From: Phoronis australis
Lineage: Eukaryota; Animalia; Phoronida
Direction: 5' to 3'
Assembly: GCA_002633005.1 (NCBI GenBank)
Contig: NMRA01000051.1
Location: 1,208,761-1,272,760, forward strand
DNA length: 64,000 nt
The position numbers were made by a program, and so were the translations under genes. Shown piece after piece: positions 53,201 through 64,000 of the stretch. Every line of letters begins with the position of its first letter. The stretch's first letter is position 1. Below the pieces are notes generated by a model, which saw only the letters and a program-made list of their open reading frames with translations, made no database searches and was not told the DNA's origin.

Positions 53201-56200
53201 CTTGTGCCTCCACCACATTCAATGCCTTAGACCGTGGTGTGTCTACTGAGACATGCTCAAGCAGTCAAGTCTGTGGATTTGTCAAAGGAGGTTTCTCATT
53301 TACAGTCCCTGTTCGTGAGTACACTCGGACACCCTACAGGATTCTAATTGAAGTGAATGGTAGTTCTCACACAAATCTTTCTACGCAGGTTCACATTCTG
53401 TGCTCTTGCGACACAAGCATTGGTTTATGATGCAAGAAAGCACAATTTCCTCCGGTGAAATTTCAAACATGGTATTTGCAACCCACCTTATAATTCATTT
53501 TTGTTAATTTGATTCGATATTTTTATCACGTTACAAAGTAAAGTTGTGTTCTATTTACAATTTTTATTACTTGAAAAACCAATTGTACACTTAAATGCAT
53601 AACTGAGTAGACATGGCATTTTCTGTCTTTTCCATGTTCATGTAATACCTAGAGTTGTGTTTTTCCATTTATCACCAGTTGGCAGTGTGAGCGCTCAGGC
53701 CTACCAACGGGGCTGTATAGACAGTGGCCAGAGTAGTGGCTGTGTCACCGACAATGAGAAGCTGCGTGAATTGTTTAAATTCTTGTCAAAGTTTGCCGAT
53801 GTGTCGGTGAATGCTGACGTGTGCTACTGTGACTTCGAGCTCTGCGTGGCCGGTGGTTGTGGTGACAACCAGTACGCTATTGGACCAATCTGGTGAGTTG
53901 CAGGGGCTGTTGGGGATGACCAGCTATTGGACCAATGTGGCGAGTGGAAAGGGATGTAAGATGATCAGATATTATAATTGCTTTTCGTACTTTCCGGGCT
54001 AACATAATCCATAGTTAATTATATTTTCTGTAATTTGCATTATGCTGATGGCCCAAACTTGAAAATTGAAGGGGCTGAAGGGATGAACAGTATGCTATTT
54101 TCTCAATGTAGGGAGTGGGAGGGGCTATGGAGATGTCTAGTGTGGTGTTGCACCAATCTCGTGATTGGGAAGGCTATTGTAACTTTGAACCAATCTGATG
54201 AATGGGAAGGACTATGAAGATGTCTTGTGTGACATTGGACCAATCTCACGGGTGCTATGGAGATGACCAATTTGTTGAGCGCGAAGGGCTTTGGTGATTG
54301 TTAACATGTTATTGCTTTTATTTAGTGTCATGGATATGACTAGTGTTGTATTAGATCAGTGTAATTAGAGGAGCAGGTGTGGTGAAAATCAGTCTGATAT
54401 TGGGCAAATGTGGCAATATTGAGTTTTGAGGACTACCACTAGGTTATAGGTCTGCTTTGGATCATGGGAAAGGCTGTTAAAGCAAGCGCAACCAATGTGT
54501 TTTTGTACTACTGTGGTGAGTGTGCCGAATAAGTTGTAGGGGTGACTGATTTACAATTTGTCATATCTATTGTATGAAATGACCGACAGAATCTGTATTA
54601 GTATGATTCTTACGTCAAGTCACCACTCTGTTATGTTCGCACAAGTAAATCCTGGGCTCATTTGTTAGTGCGACTTAGCAAAATTCCCATGTTGCCAAAC
54701 TAGAACTTAGGCTGTCAAAACAAGGAAAAATTGCACTGGGGTTGCGGTCCGTTCTAAAAAAACTGAATCAGTTAAGATAAGTCTTAGACTCAAATAAAAA
54801 ATGAACTTGAGTGTTTTTCCTGGAATGGGTCCCTGGCCTCTAGAAACGACAAGTAGGTTGGAAAGTGCTGAAAATGAAATGGAAAAGGTACCTGATGAAA
54901 AAACTAGCGAAATCAGCAAGTGTCCGTCCTGATTCCCGAGATCACCCAGGCAGCGTCAAACCGAAAGTGATGCATGTCTCGAGTACTCGATAACGACTAA
55001 TTTCTCCTCTTGAACCCAATATTCTGCACAGGCTCACCTCCTCAAGGCTTGGAATTTTCCGTGGAAACGCGGATTTCTGCTGTTTCCTTTTAGTCCCTCC
55101 GCGTATTTTCGTTATACTTCAGTGGAAAAAATCGGATTTGCCATAAAATTATCGCTGCAAATTGGTTTCTCACCGCGGCGTTGCCGACGGCTCGAAAAGC
55201 GGAAACTGCACTTTATGTTTCGGAAGAACGGAAATTGTAATTGCGGATCACAGGCTCTCGAATTTCCCGATGACTTGTAACCATATACATTAAGAAACAT
55301 TCTTTCTTAGTAGTGAGTGACGTCAGAGGTAATCGAGGAACAGATAAATTCAAGCGCCTGTGCCTGGGATTGCGTGGTTCATCAATGGCGTCTGCATTTG
55401 GTATAAAATCGCAGCGACGAATAGTGCGATTCTGCGGTCAAAAATGCGTGGAGCGTGGAGTAGATAGAAAATTTCGTGGAGAAGTGGATAAAAGATATGG
55501 TCAATGTCTTCACAAACAACATAAGTCAAGGTTTGTGCTCTGTAAACTTTGAGAGAGGAACAATTACGGAGTTCGTGGGCGGGTCGCCTCGGACTAAGTT
55601 GGAGTCGGAGGACTGACTGAAAACGATGAAACACTAGAGATAAAAACGCTTCCTGAAAGGAAACTCAACCGTAACCGGTTATTCGTTGGATTGGAATCGT
55701 GGGATGTGAGCGATGTATGAAATTCTTTTGTTTGATCCCACATGCGCGCGCCCGTTGCCGTTGGCTGCTAAGCCCTAGCTAAGGCCTGACCGCTTGAGTG
55801 TGATTTTCTACGTGACGCTGAAACGGGATACAAAGTGCTATTTTCGTTACTGCAAATGCGCTTTAATGCCTTTTGTGTATTTCAATTTATCTTGACATTT
55901 TTCGTGTTCTATTTTGTGACTCGAGTTTTGCAGTTTTAGTGAAGTGATCACGTGACAGATTCTGAATGATCTGATTGGTATAAGCCATTGTTTACAAATT
56001 CTGGCAGACTATTTTCAGAGTGTCCTGATAGAACTTTATTTCTTATGTCACATAGTTTCTTCTACACCAGCATGTCTTATGAACAATTAACTCCTGTAAT
56101 TACTGTTTGAAACTAAATAAAAAGTTTGGCCAACTTAGGACTGTGATTAATGCATTCATTTTTCCATGCTAACAGTTGGGTATGAGCCACAGGTTTTCGT

Positions 56201-59200
56201 CTTGACTTTTTCCATTTGCTTTGGAATTAAAATTTTTGTTGGAATTAAATGTGTATGTATTTCAGGCTTTCTAGTTAATCTATGGATCGATTTTCAATTT
56301 CTTTGTAATTTTGTATCATAATTATAAGAATTGAAAATCATTTTATAGGTCTCCCTCAGTGCAACAAATCAAGAATAAGCTCCTGCCACTCAGACTGAAA
56401 ATTTTTCATTGTTATCGTTATTATTTTAATTTTAAAAAATAATTTTTGTTGCATCTAATTGCGTTCATTGTTGTTGCTGAAATAGATATCAGGTACTGCT
56501 TAAGATGAGTGCGTTTTGTCAACACGACACAGTAACTTTTGATCTGTTGAGGTATGGTTTAGATTGAAATGTGTATTTAGGGCCGTAAAAATTCCCTCTT
56601 TTTTGTCATGGGTCATTCCAAGCCCTGCCTCCTAAAACAGAAGCAGACAATCTGAACACTGTCCATGCATGATCATAAGCGGGCCGATTTTTGTTGAACT
56701 ATTCCAATTTCTGTCGGTTTACATCCTGTAGTATTTTGAATTTGTCATGTCACTGTTCCCGAGGACTTGAATTGTTAGTACTCTTACCAAGTGTTCAGCC
56801 AGTATACCCATCTTATTGCTTCAGCCTACAGAAGTGGTTGGCATTCACCATCGCTGGTGGTGTCCTGCTGTTAATCACTGCCTGCATTGTGTGTTGCTGC
56901 TGCTGCTGCTGTGGATGCTGTCGTCGTCAAAGTAAGTACAGCAACATTAGTTGTGTTTGAATTAAATCTAGTCTGCTGGTCTACTTACAAAGTTAAAGTC
57001 CTTAGGCTTATCGCGCCTCCTTCAAAGAGGAGGGTACTGAAGACTGGCGGGAACCGTTGTCTCTTGCATTCTCACAAGATGTCGTCTGGTTAGCTACCCC
57101 ACGCAAGCTCTCATCTCAAGCAGACGACGTTTTGAAGTGAGCTCTACCTTATTTGTTTGGAGAAGGATTAAGTGATTTGATGAACAAAGCCTCCTGCACA
57201 CTTCTCATGCTCATGACATCGCCATTGTGTTCGTTAAGGTTTTTTCCCCGGAAACCGTCACTTCTTCCGGTTTCTGTTGATTGGACTTGTTCATCAATAA
57301 ACACTCGCAAACCTTCTTATATTTAACTTACTGTCGCATTGTCATTTTTGAATTCATGACCTGTGTCCTGGAGGTGATTAAAAACAGCCGAAGACAAGTT
57401 GGAAAATGTGCTCCTATGGAGCTGACAATGGGTGACTAGTTTCAGACCAATCGTATTACCTGTGCCCCAGTGGACAGTTTTATTTTTTTGTTTGCCTTCA
57501 CCTTTGCAGTTTATTGGTGTATTTTCGTAATATTTTGCAAAATGAGATATATCACCACGACCCCTTTCAGCTTTCATATAGATTCAACATATTCTATGCC
57601 TTGTAGTGACAATTTTTATGCGCCCACATATTTATGTGTGGATGCATTATGCCATCATCCCCGTCTGTCCGGCGTCCGTCTGGCATCCGTTGCTCTATCT
57701 GCAAAACCCTTTGACGTGTGTTCACGAAATTTTGCACATATGTTCCTTTCATGGATGGGACGGCATGAGCAAACTTTTGGACAGGTCCGACTACCGGTGT
57801 GCCCCCAATTGGCAATTTTAATTTTTTACTTTTATCTCTGTATCCTCCAAGGCCTCAACGGATTTTTATAAAATTTTGCATATAGGCATGTATTAAGTAG
57901 AAGCTATCTTCCGGTTTTCGGATGGGTTCGAGGTATTTTGCACCACCTAGTGGTCATTTTTACTGTGTTTGAGGCTGTTTTTTTGGCGTCTATCACTCTA
58001 TTTACCAAACCGCTCTAAGGATGATTGTGAAAATTGGCATGTATGATTTTACTATGAAGAAGACGGCTGACAGTGATTTTTTGACGACTTCGACCTCTGT
58101 AGCGCCTCCTAGTGGCAGTTTTTTATGCATCCATGGTTGTGTCTCCGAAACACTCTGCAAGATCTTTACTAAATTTAGCAAGTGTATTTATATGAAGTTG
58201 ACAACGGACGATGACAACTTTCGGAAGGTTCCGACTACCAGCGTGCCCCCTAGTGGCAATTTTAGTTTTTTCCGTTCACCTCTGTATCTTCATGGGTTCT
58301 CAACATATTTTCATAAAATTTGGCTTGTAAACATTTAGTAGTATGATGACGCTATCCCTTTGTTTTCGGTTGGATTCGACATAGTTTGCACCACTTAGAA
58401 GGGATATACCTAGGTTTCAAAACCCCGCTCGCCAGCTGGGCGAGTGAGCCAGAAAATCTACTCGCCCAGCCCGATGTTCAGTCGCCCAGCCATTTGCGTC
58501 ACTTGCTGCCATTGTCAATAAAAATCATCGTTTCGTGCGTTTATATCACCATCTATTAGGGCTAGTAGCGTTTTTAGAAAATAAATTCCTACCAAGAAAC
58601 TTTTGACGTCGATGAATTCCCAGCAACACAAGACGTTACCTTGGCACAAAGCTGCAATGTAGTAATATAGGCTATAGCTATGGCGCCGATGTGGGTAAAA
58701 GACTGACCAGATAAAATCTGGCACAAAAGTAGTTTTATTAAAAACTCCACTCTTCCTCACTCCTGACTCCAAAATGGAAGCGCCCAACCAAAAGCAACGG
58801 CGAAAGAAATCAACTTGTCATTAAGCGCAAGTCAAGCATTCTGTCTACATCCATGTGGTCAAAAACTTATTCTTTGAACTTTTGATTTGCCTGGTGACTT
58901 TTTACATGTTGTTTGTTTGCTTCATTGCTTTGGCATCGGATGGAGCAACCCTATGCATAATAGTAATGTCCTCGGATTGTTGAACAAGCGCAATTTTGGC
59001 TTTGAACCAAAAAAGAAATATACAATGTATATGAAATTAAGTTCAAAGTATTCAGTTAGAAAATCTGACAATCATTAGCACTGTTTGGTTGCCTAGGTGT
59101 CCAGTGGAAGCAAATCTTTACAAAATCAAGTGCTTCCCTTAAACATACACCACGAACTAGCGGAATCTTGCTTGATCCGTCTTTTCTCTCAAGAAACTTG

Positions 59201-61040
59201 CCCTACTGAACGCACGCCTACCGGTGTGAATACCTTAGTTCCAAGAAATGACGAACAGCCACCGAGGTATGTAAAAACGCAATCACGCGGCCACTGTATC
59301 GTGCACTACAGGCTGTCAGAAGTCCGTTACTTCAATCCCCCAACCTATCTTTTAACTGATATGCTTAAAGTCCAACGTCGGTGTAGCTCCGTGAGGATAA
59401 ACTCTGTCTTCCATGCAGTAAGGAACAACTCAAGACCTTAAAATTTTGATTTTAACCGCCCAGCCCCTGTTTTTTTTGATTCCTAGTTTCACTTGCTGTG
59501 AGCACATTGACCGGTCTTCTGCCTTTCCCCCCCATTTTATTCGATTCGGACTAGTCCACAAATTCGTTTGTGCATGACCAACCACTGCGATCTGCTGTCT
59601 AGACAAATCGCGTAAGGGGTGACAGTCTACCCGCTGACCAAACTGAACCTTTGTTTTCATGATAAAAACAGCACAAGGAGGAGAAAATTTATTCGTGTTC
59701 ATCTGGGAAACAATAGAGTGCTTTTGCGCTCTGAAAATTCGCTCGCCACCTAGGCAACCGGAAAGACAATTTCTACTCGCCCAGCACCATTTTTACTCGT
59801 ATTGGCAAATGGGCGAGTGGCTAAGTATATCCCTGCTTAGTGGCCACACTCTTTTTGAGTTTTTTGGCATCCTCCAAACCACTTTAAGGATGATTGTCAA
59901 AATTGGCATATATATGTTTTTACTATGAAGAGGACGGCTGACGATTTTCCGAAGACTTCGACTACTGTGGTGCCCCTTAGTGGCAGTTTTGTTATTTTTT
60001 TGCGCCCATGGCTGAAAATTGGCATATGTGTTCTCAGTGTGAAGAGGATGGTTGACGATGACGACTTTGACTACTGTGGCGTCTCCAATGGTAGTTTTGT
60101 TTTGTGCCCATTGCTGAATCTCCTAAACCACTGCTGGATCTTCATTGAATTTAGTGAGTGTATTTATATGAAGCTAACAACATACAATGACGACTTTCAG
60201 GTGGATCCAATGAACATTGTTCCCCCTAGTGGCAATTTCATTTTTTCTGTTTTCCGTTATTTCTCTGAAGTTTCGTGATAGATTTCTATGAAATTTGGTG
60301 AATAGCTTTCTACTAAAGAAGCAATGACATATTCCCATTTTCGTATGGATTGTACGTTTTTGCACCATCAAGTGGCCATCTTTATGACACAAATAAACTA
60401 CCCTAAAAGCACACCTTTTGCGATGCATTTGTGGGTGCATTTCAACGCTCCGTGTTGCTCTTGTTTACATTTGCCTCAGTATATTTTGTTTTCCTTAACT
60501 CATTTTCATGAAATGTGGAGATGACGATACTTTCTAATTTCCAGACAGGTTCCGTTTGATGTATTCTGTGCCATTTAGTGGCCATTAAGATGCTAATTAA
60601 AACTCCTAGAAGCTCGTTGTTCGCGGTGCAGATGTTGGCACAGGTCAACACTCTACATTGCTCTTGTTCATTAGTATATTACATTGCTGTTTAGCAATAA
60701 AAAACAACTAAAATGTCTGGATATTGGACTATGACCTTTGTTGTTAAAGGTAACTATGGAGAAGAAAGTGTTAAAATGAAATAAAGTTATCAGTGTTGTG
60801 TACTTAGTTGAAGAAGCATCAAAAATATGTTACTGAGATAAATAATAAGTTTGAAGATCAAGACTTTTCAAATGTTGGGTTTTAATCCAACTATTTGTGT
60901 TATCGTGATGTTTTTTTTCTGTCGCAGCACCAGGAACTGTCATCGTCTCTGGTCCAAATCCTCCGACATCAGTGATTCATCACCACCAGCACACTGCTCA
61001 GGGCTACTCTCGTCTGCACAATACCAATGAAACTGTCTAG
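41246..61040 (+). CDS. Small type I transmembrane Cys-rich protein, 4 exons, 161 aa
   Basis: Exons 41246-41297, 53679-53892, 56825-56931, 60928-61040; phases 1, 2, 1; GT-AG; 486 nt. Signal peptide MFLLRIVSVFCCTGFCLVGSVSA, ectodomain QAYQRGC..GC..CYCDFELC..GC..PIC, TM WLAFTIAGGVLLLITACIV, CCCCCCCGCCRRQ, tail ...GYSRLHNTNETV*. Exon 1 assignment is inferred from phase and signal-peptide continuity. Confidence 0.8.
41364..44303 (+). mobile_element. Non-autonomous hAT-like element, copy A (rearranged)
   Basis: TIRs cagggctcgac / gtcgagccctg; subterminal ag(g/c)tcgca repeats; 42442-44303 collinear with 46853-48860; no clear TSD. Confidence 0.8.
41434..42371. mobile_element. Mutator/foldback-like element with ~270-bp TIRs
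   Basis: 41440-41710 is the reverse complement of 42100-42371; 9-10-bp duplication (a)gcctactcc at 41424-41433 and 42371-42380. Confidence 0.85.
45990..46320 (-). pseudogene. THAP zinc-finger pseudogene (transposon-associated)
   Basis: MPHCCCVPEFTS...LHRF [frameshift] MDDTLRRNWLVRVK [frameshift] NCRVCGKHFLPSGYERDL...LKKDAIPSV. C2CH THAP pattern with the AVP-box variant AIP; second Cys reads as Phe; runs into N gap. Confidence 0.82.
46578..48860 (+). mobile_element. Non-autonomous hAT-like element, copy B (left TIR missing)
   Basis: Left subterminal aggtcgca repeats at 46588-46668, right TIR gtcgagccctg ending 48860, homologous to copy A. Confidence 0.82.
49817..50928 (-). mobile_element. 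CR1/L2-group LINE: RT C-terminal part plus 3'UTR
   Basis: PQGSVLGPCLFLLYIN...FADDTICY...LQKD...W*DKWLMAFHPDKC...KYLGVTIS..LKWSSHI...YKTMVQPTLEYASTVWDPY...FFPKTVADWNSLP; stops and frameshifts; 3' stem-loops and an (AAG)n tail at ~49819-49830. Confidence 0.93.
50931..52352 (+). mobile_element. 5'-truncated Helentron-associated element (HINE/DINE-like) with internal tandem array
   Basis: ~430-bp units made of three ~145-bp monomers; 3' subTIR gtgggcgcat, hairpin caacgc-tct-gcattg, ends in T-run; same family as 57613-60465. Confidence 0.78.
52355..52570 (-). mobile_element. LINE apurinic endonuclease fragment
   Basis: KHGGGVLIAVLNTL...EHCELIWATIQLKGRRKLLVCSYYRPH, APE-domain motifs of CR1/L2 ORF2; same strand as the RT fragment. 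Confidence 0.82.
53860..54420 (+). repeat. Degenerate minisatellite derived from the exon 2/intron 2 junction
   Basis: Recurring ttggaccaat(c/g)tg...gagtgg(g)aagg(g)ctat variants at ~53880, 53927, 54148, 54186, 54236, 54265. Confidence 0.6.
55043..56627. mobile_element. Non-autonomous hAT-like element with 6-bp TSD
   Basis: TIRs caaggcttggaat / attccaagccctg; CCTCCT on both flanks (55037-42, 56628-33). Confidence 0.85.
57120..57480 (-). mobile_element. Penelope-like element fragment (GIY-YIG C-terminal region)
   Basis: ...LHRSTFSNLSSAVFNHLQDTGHEFKNDNATV...PINRN pattern, followed by an aaaacgtcg 3' motif; heavily decayed. Confidence 0.6.
57613..60465 (+). mobile_element. Full-length Helentron-associated element (HINE/DINE-like) with tandem array, interrupted by a hAT-like insertion
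   Basis: 5' T-run, subTIR atgcgcccacatat with adjacent inverted copy, (gtcc/gtct)-like microsatellite at 57660-57690, ~145-bp monomers, 3' subTIR atttgtgggtgcat, hairpin caacgc-tcc-gtgttg, ctcttgtt end. An extra monomer and second ctcttgtt end extend to ~60668. Confidence 0.82.
58399..59835. mobile_element. Non-autonomous hAT-like element with 5-bp TSD
   Basis: TIRs (a)agggatatacctag / ctaagtatatccctg; CTTAG at 58394-98 and 59836-40; removing it restores the host monomer gcaccacttagtggcc; subterminal ctcgcc repeats. Confidence 0.88.
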
Positions 61041-63702
61041 AATGGTGCCTGTGTTCCACAATGAGGCAATATGAGACATTTTAATATCTGCATTTTGAAA
61101 TATACATAGGTCTCAAAATTTGATGTTTTGCAGGGTTTATTGCTTGCATTATACTTTCGATGTCGTTTCTGCACTTTGGATGATCACTTTCCACTTTACT
61201 TTTTGTGAACTCTCTCCTTTTTGTTCATGGTTGTCATGGTGCATAGGGTTTTAATGGTAATAGACCTAATTTGTGGTCGATACATGTAAGATATGAAAGA
61301 CATGATATGGTAAATATTCTTCAGTTTGGGACACAATACGGTGGACAGGTGACATTGTATTTCTCAACACAAATACTACTTATTGCATGGTTGGCATGGC
61401 GTAGTTATTACCAAACAACATTTGGTAAAATTTTGAGCATTTGCAACATTGTGGTAAGACTCTGCAAACTGGAAATATGGCAATTTAACAATTATTTTTT
61501 GTCCCAAAATTAATAAATTTTTACCTGGATACTTATTGACCTGAGTTGTTGTGGAACTCTGAATATGTCTCTTGTCTTCTCGATGTGGGCACACACGTGT
61601 TGTTTTTGATTTTGTCCTCTGCCTAGTTAAGCGCAACACTAATTTTGTTTTGTGGTAGTTTGAGACCTTTGCTTCAAAATTTTCCGCTTATCTGTTAACT
61701 TCTTTGATTTGTTACAAGAAATTCTTTGTATTAAAATAGTAGTCATTGTTTGTGTAACTTTGGAGTTTATCTGTTTATCAGTTGTGTTTTTTACGACAGT
61801 AGTTGTGTTAAATTAGTTGTTATTTTCTGGAGCTGTGAATATCCTTGTTTTGATGCTATTTGTTATCCAAAAAAACAAAATGTGTTCATTTGTGGGGCTA
61901 TTTTTGTTGTTGTCTTACTATTTTAAACACTCTTGTTTGTTTGTTTTCTTACTGAATGGGTTTCGTTTATCAATTCCAATGTATGGTTTTGCGTGTTGTA
62001 TAATTATTTCTAAAGTCTTCCCTGCCAAACTTTACAAATCAACACAACTATCAGTGAATGACAATTCTGCTTCATTGTAAAAATAACGTTGGTTAGTTAC
62101 TCTTTTATTGCCAGTTTAGATTTTGCTCCAAGTGCCCACCCTCTTCTGTAGGTGTGTTGGCAAGCAGCTAGCAAAGTTATTGATTTTACTAAGCTCTAAG
62201 TCATTCACTTCTCATAGTTCTGATTTGTAAAGTTTAGTAGGGATGTCAGAGTATTTGTAGGAGGCAAAAATCTGGGTATCATTTTTGGGTCCCTATAAAG
62301 TTTCCCAGTAGGACAACATTTAACGTTTTTACTGAAATGTATTTTGTGTGATTTTCCAGCAGTATGGCCTTTTGGGCTAAGAAAATACATGTGAGACAAT
62401 TTCAAAGACATTGCTCATTAATTGGGTTATTGTCCAATGGTCTTGCAAAGACTGTCATTGTGTTAGTGGTTTAAGTTCTTTAAAATTATGTTTTGGTATA
62501 GAATAAAATATTTGTTGGACATTAAATCAAACTTTTGTTAGTATAGCACTCATATAGCACTGTCACGTTTGCTTGAAGAACGTAACTCTCATCAACCCAA
62601 GACTTACTTGCATTTGGTTTACTGAGGTTCACAACTGAGGATACAGAGTTGGCAGGGAGACTAAGAAAAACACTGTCTACCTTCCTTACCAAAGTTTTTT
62701 TAAAATAACTTTTCAGCTATTAATAGTAAAGCCATATAACTACATATTTTTAAATTCCTTATGAATCGGAGAATCGTACTTTGTGCATGAGAACGATGTT
62801 CAGAGGTTCTTTTCAGGTGATTCCATTTTCGTTAAAAAAACAATTTTCCAGGGAGATTGGCGTATTTTCCACAAATTAATTTTTCACTCAAAACTTGCGA
62901 ATTCTGTTTCTTTGTTTTATCATCTACAAAATGGTGTCTGGGATTTGCTTTTAAGGCCTTTGAGCCCGAGAAATAAGATGTTAAAAATCAAGACTTCGGT
63001 TATTTCAAAAATGTCGTCCTTATTTTTGACAGGATTTCTCGGTAAGAGGCCTGAAAGAAAGTACCTGACACTGTTTTGTACGTAACAGAACAAAAAACAG
63101 AATTTTCAAGTTTCGAGCGAAAAAATGGATCAATTTAATGGAATGTGAAACACGATTTTTGTTAATAAACCCACACCTGGTTCGTAACCTACTATTGGCG
63201 GTACGCAAATTACCCCGATGTAGCTATTCATACCTTCCCAGTCGCCATTTCCGCTACAAGTTATGGGTAGCGTCGACATGTTCGCTCTCGCTTTCTACGG
63301 CCTTGTGTCTGACTCCACCGCGGTGGATGGATTGAAGGACGAGGTATATAAGTTGCAAGCCTTTGGCAGACATAACAACTGAGACACCTTGTTTTCACGC
63401 GTCACGTTTTGTCGTGGCGATTTCTCACATTTTATGAAATGTGTCAACGAAAGTGCACTGGCAATTGTGTATGATAAACAATTGTAACCCATTTTGCCGG
63501 GACACGGTCAGTTTTAGGCCAAAAACGCATTGTGGAATTATTTTGTATGTAATAGACTTCTTAAAGTTATATTCATAGCTTATTTTTTACTAGAGAACAA
63601 AACCCGTTGTGTTTGTGATTTTATTATTTAAGATCGCCAGTTCTTGTCGTTGACTTCCAATCATTCGCCGGCGTGACTATCAATAAATTACGCGACGATA
63701 TA

Positions 63703-63834
63703 CACGGGCGGCGCACCAGGGGCCTGGGGGGCTATAGCCCCCCACTTTTTCAATGCTCCGGCGCCTATGGTCTGTAGATGGTACACCACTGGGAGGCTAT
63801 AGCCCCCACTTTTTTCAGTGCTGCGCCGCCCATG
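63703..63834. mobile_element. Dimeric MITE, same family as 35798-35939
   Basis: cacgggcggcgca ... tgcgccgcccatg with two ggctatagcccc units; no TSD match. Confidence 0.78.
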
Positions 63835-63947
63835 AGTGAGAGTCCTACAATAACAATGATATTCCCGTAAGCAGTAGCCAATGTTCCCTCGATCGGCACT
63901 CATCGTCGGCCCACCGCATTTGTGTTGAAGGGAAGTTTGCTTACAAA

Positions 63948-64000
63948 AGCGGATTTAGGGGGGCAGGGGGTCCGCCCCCTGCCCCCCCCCCCCCCCCCCC
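63948..64000. mobile_element. Start of hAT-like MITE related to 32116-32382 (truncated by window end)
   Basis: gcggatttaggggggcagggg resembles gcggattcgggaggggggcaagggg. Confidence 0.5.

Noticed and set aside
52962-53430. Overlapping 86-97 aa ORFs upstream of exon 2 of the membrane gene
   Set aside because: No domain signature or phase-compatible splice sites identified.

Overview
AT-rich, intron-rich animal genomic DNA (most likely an invertebrate bilaterian; the species cannot be determined from the sequence), with assembly gaps at 24992-24995, 40195-40231 and 45125-45989. Most ORF-track entries are spurious. Joining exons by hand at GT-AG sites with matching phase gives four gene models. 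(1) The first coding exon of an STK32/YANK-type kinase on the minus strand (7767-7818). (2) Head-to-head with it, an 11-exon, 488-aa LRRC27-like gene (+, 8569-26950) with what looks like a duplicated alternative last exon. (3) A convergent orphan acidic Ser-rich gene (-, ~28395-33732) with an E2F/CHR plus double-CCAAT promoter. (4) A 161-aa type I membrane protein gene (+, 41246-61040) with a half three-finger-like ectodomain, a Cys-rich juxtamembrane run, a YxxL motif and a C-terminal PDZ ligand. The rest is nested transposons: hAT-like elements with 5- and 6-bp target duplications, a MULE-like foldback, a THAP pseudogene, a CR1/L2-type LINE, a Penelope fragment, and Helentron-associated (HINE/DINE-like) elements whose ~145-bp monomers each carry a co-oriented CTCF-consensus-like motif. 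All calls come from reading the sequence; no database searches were run.
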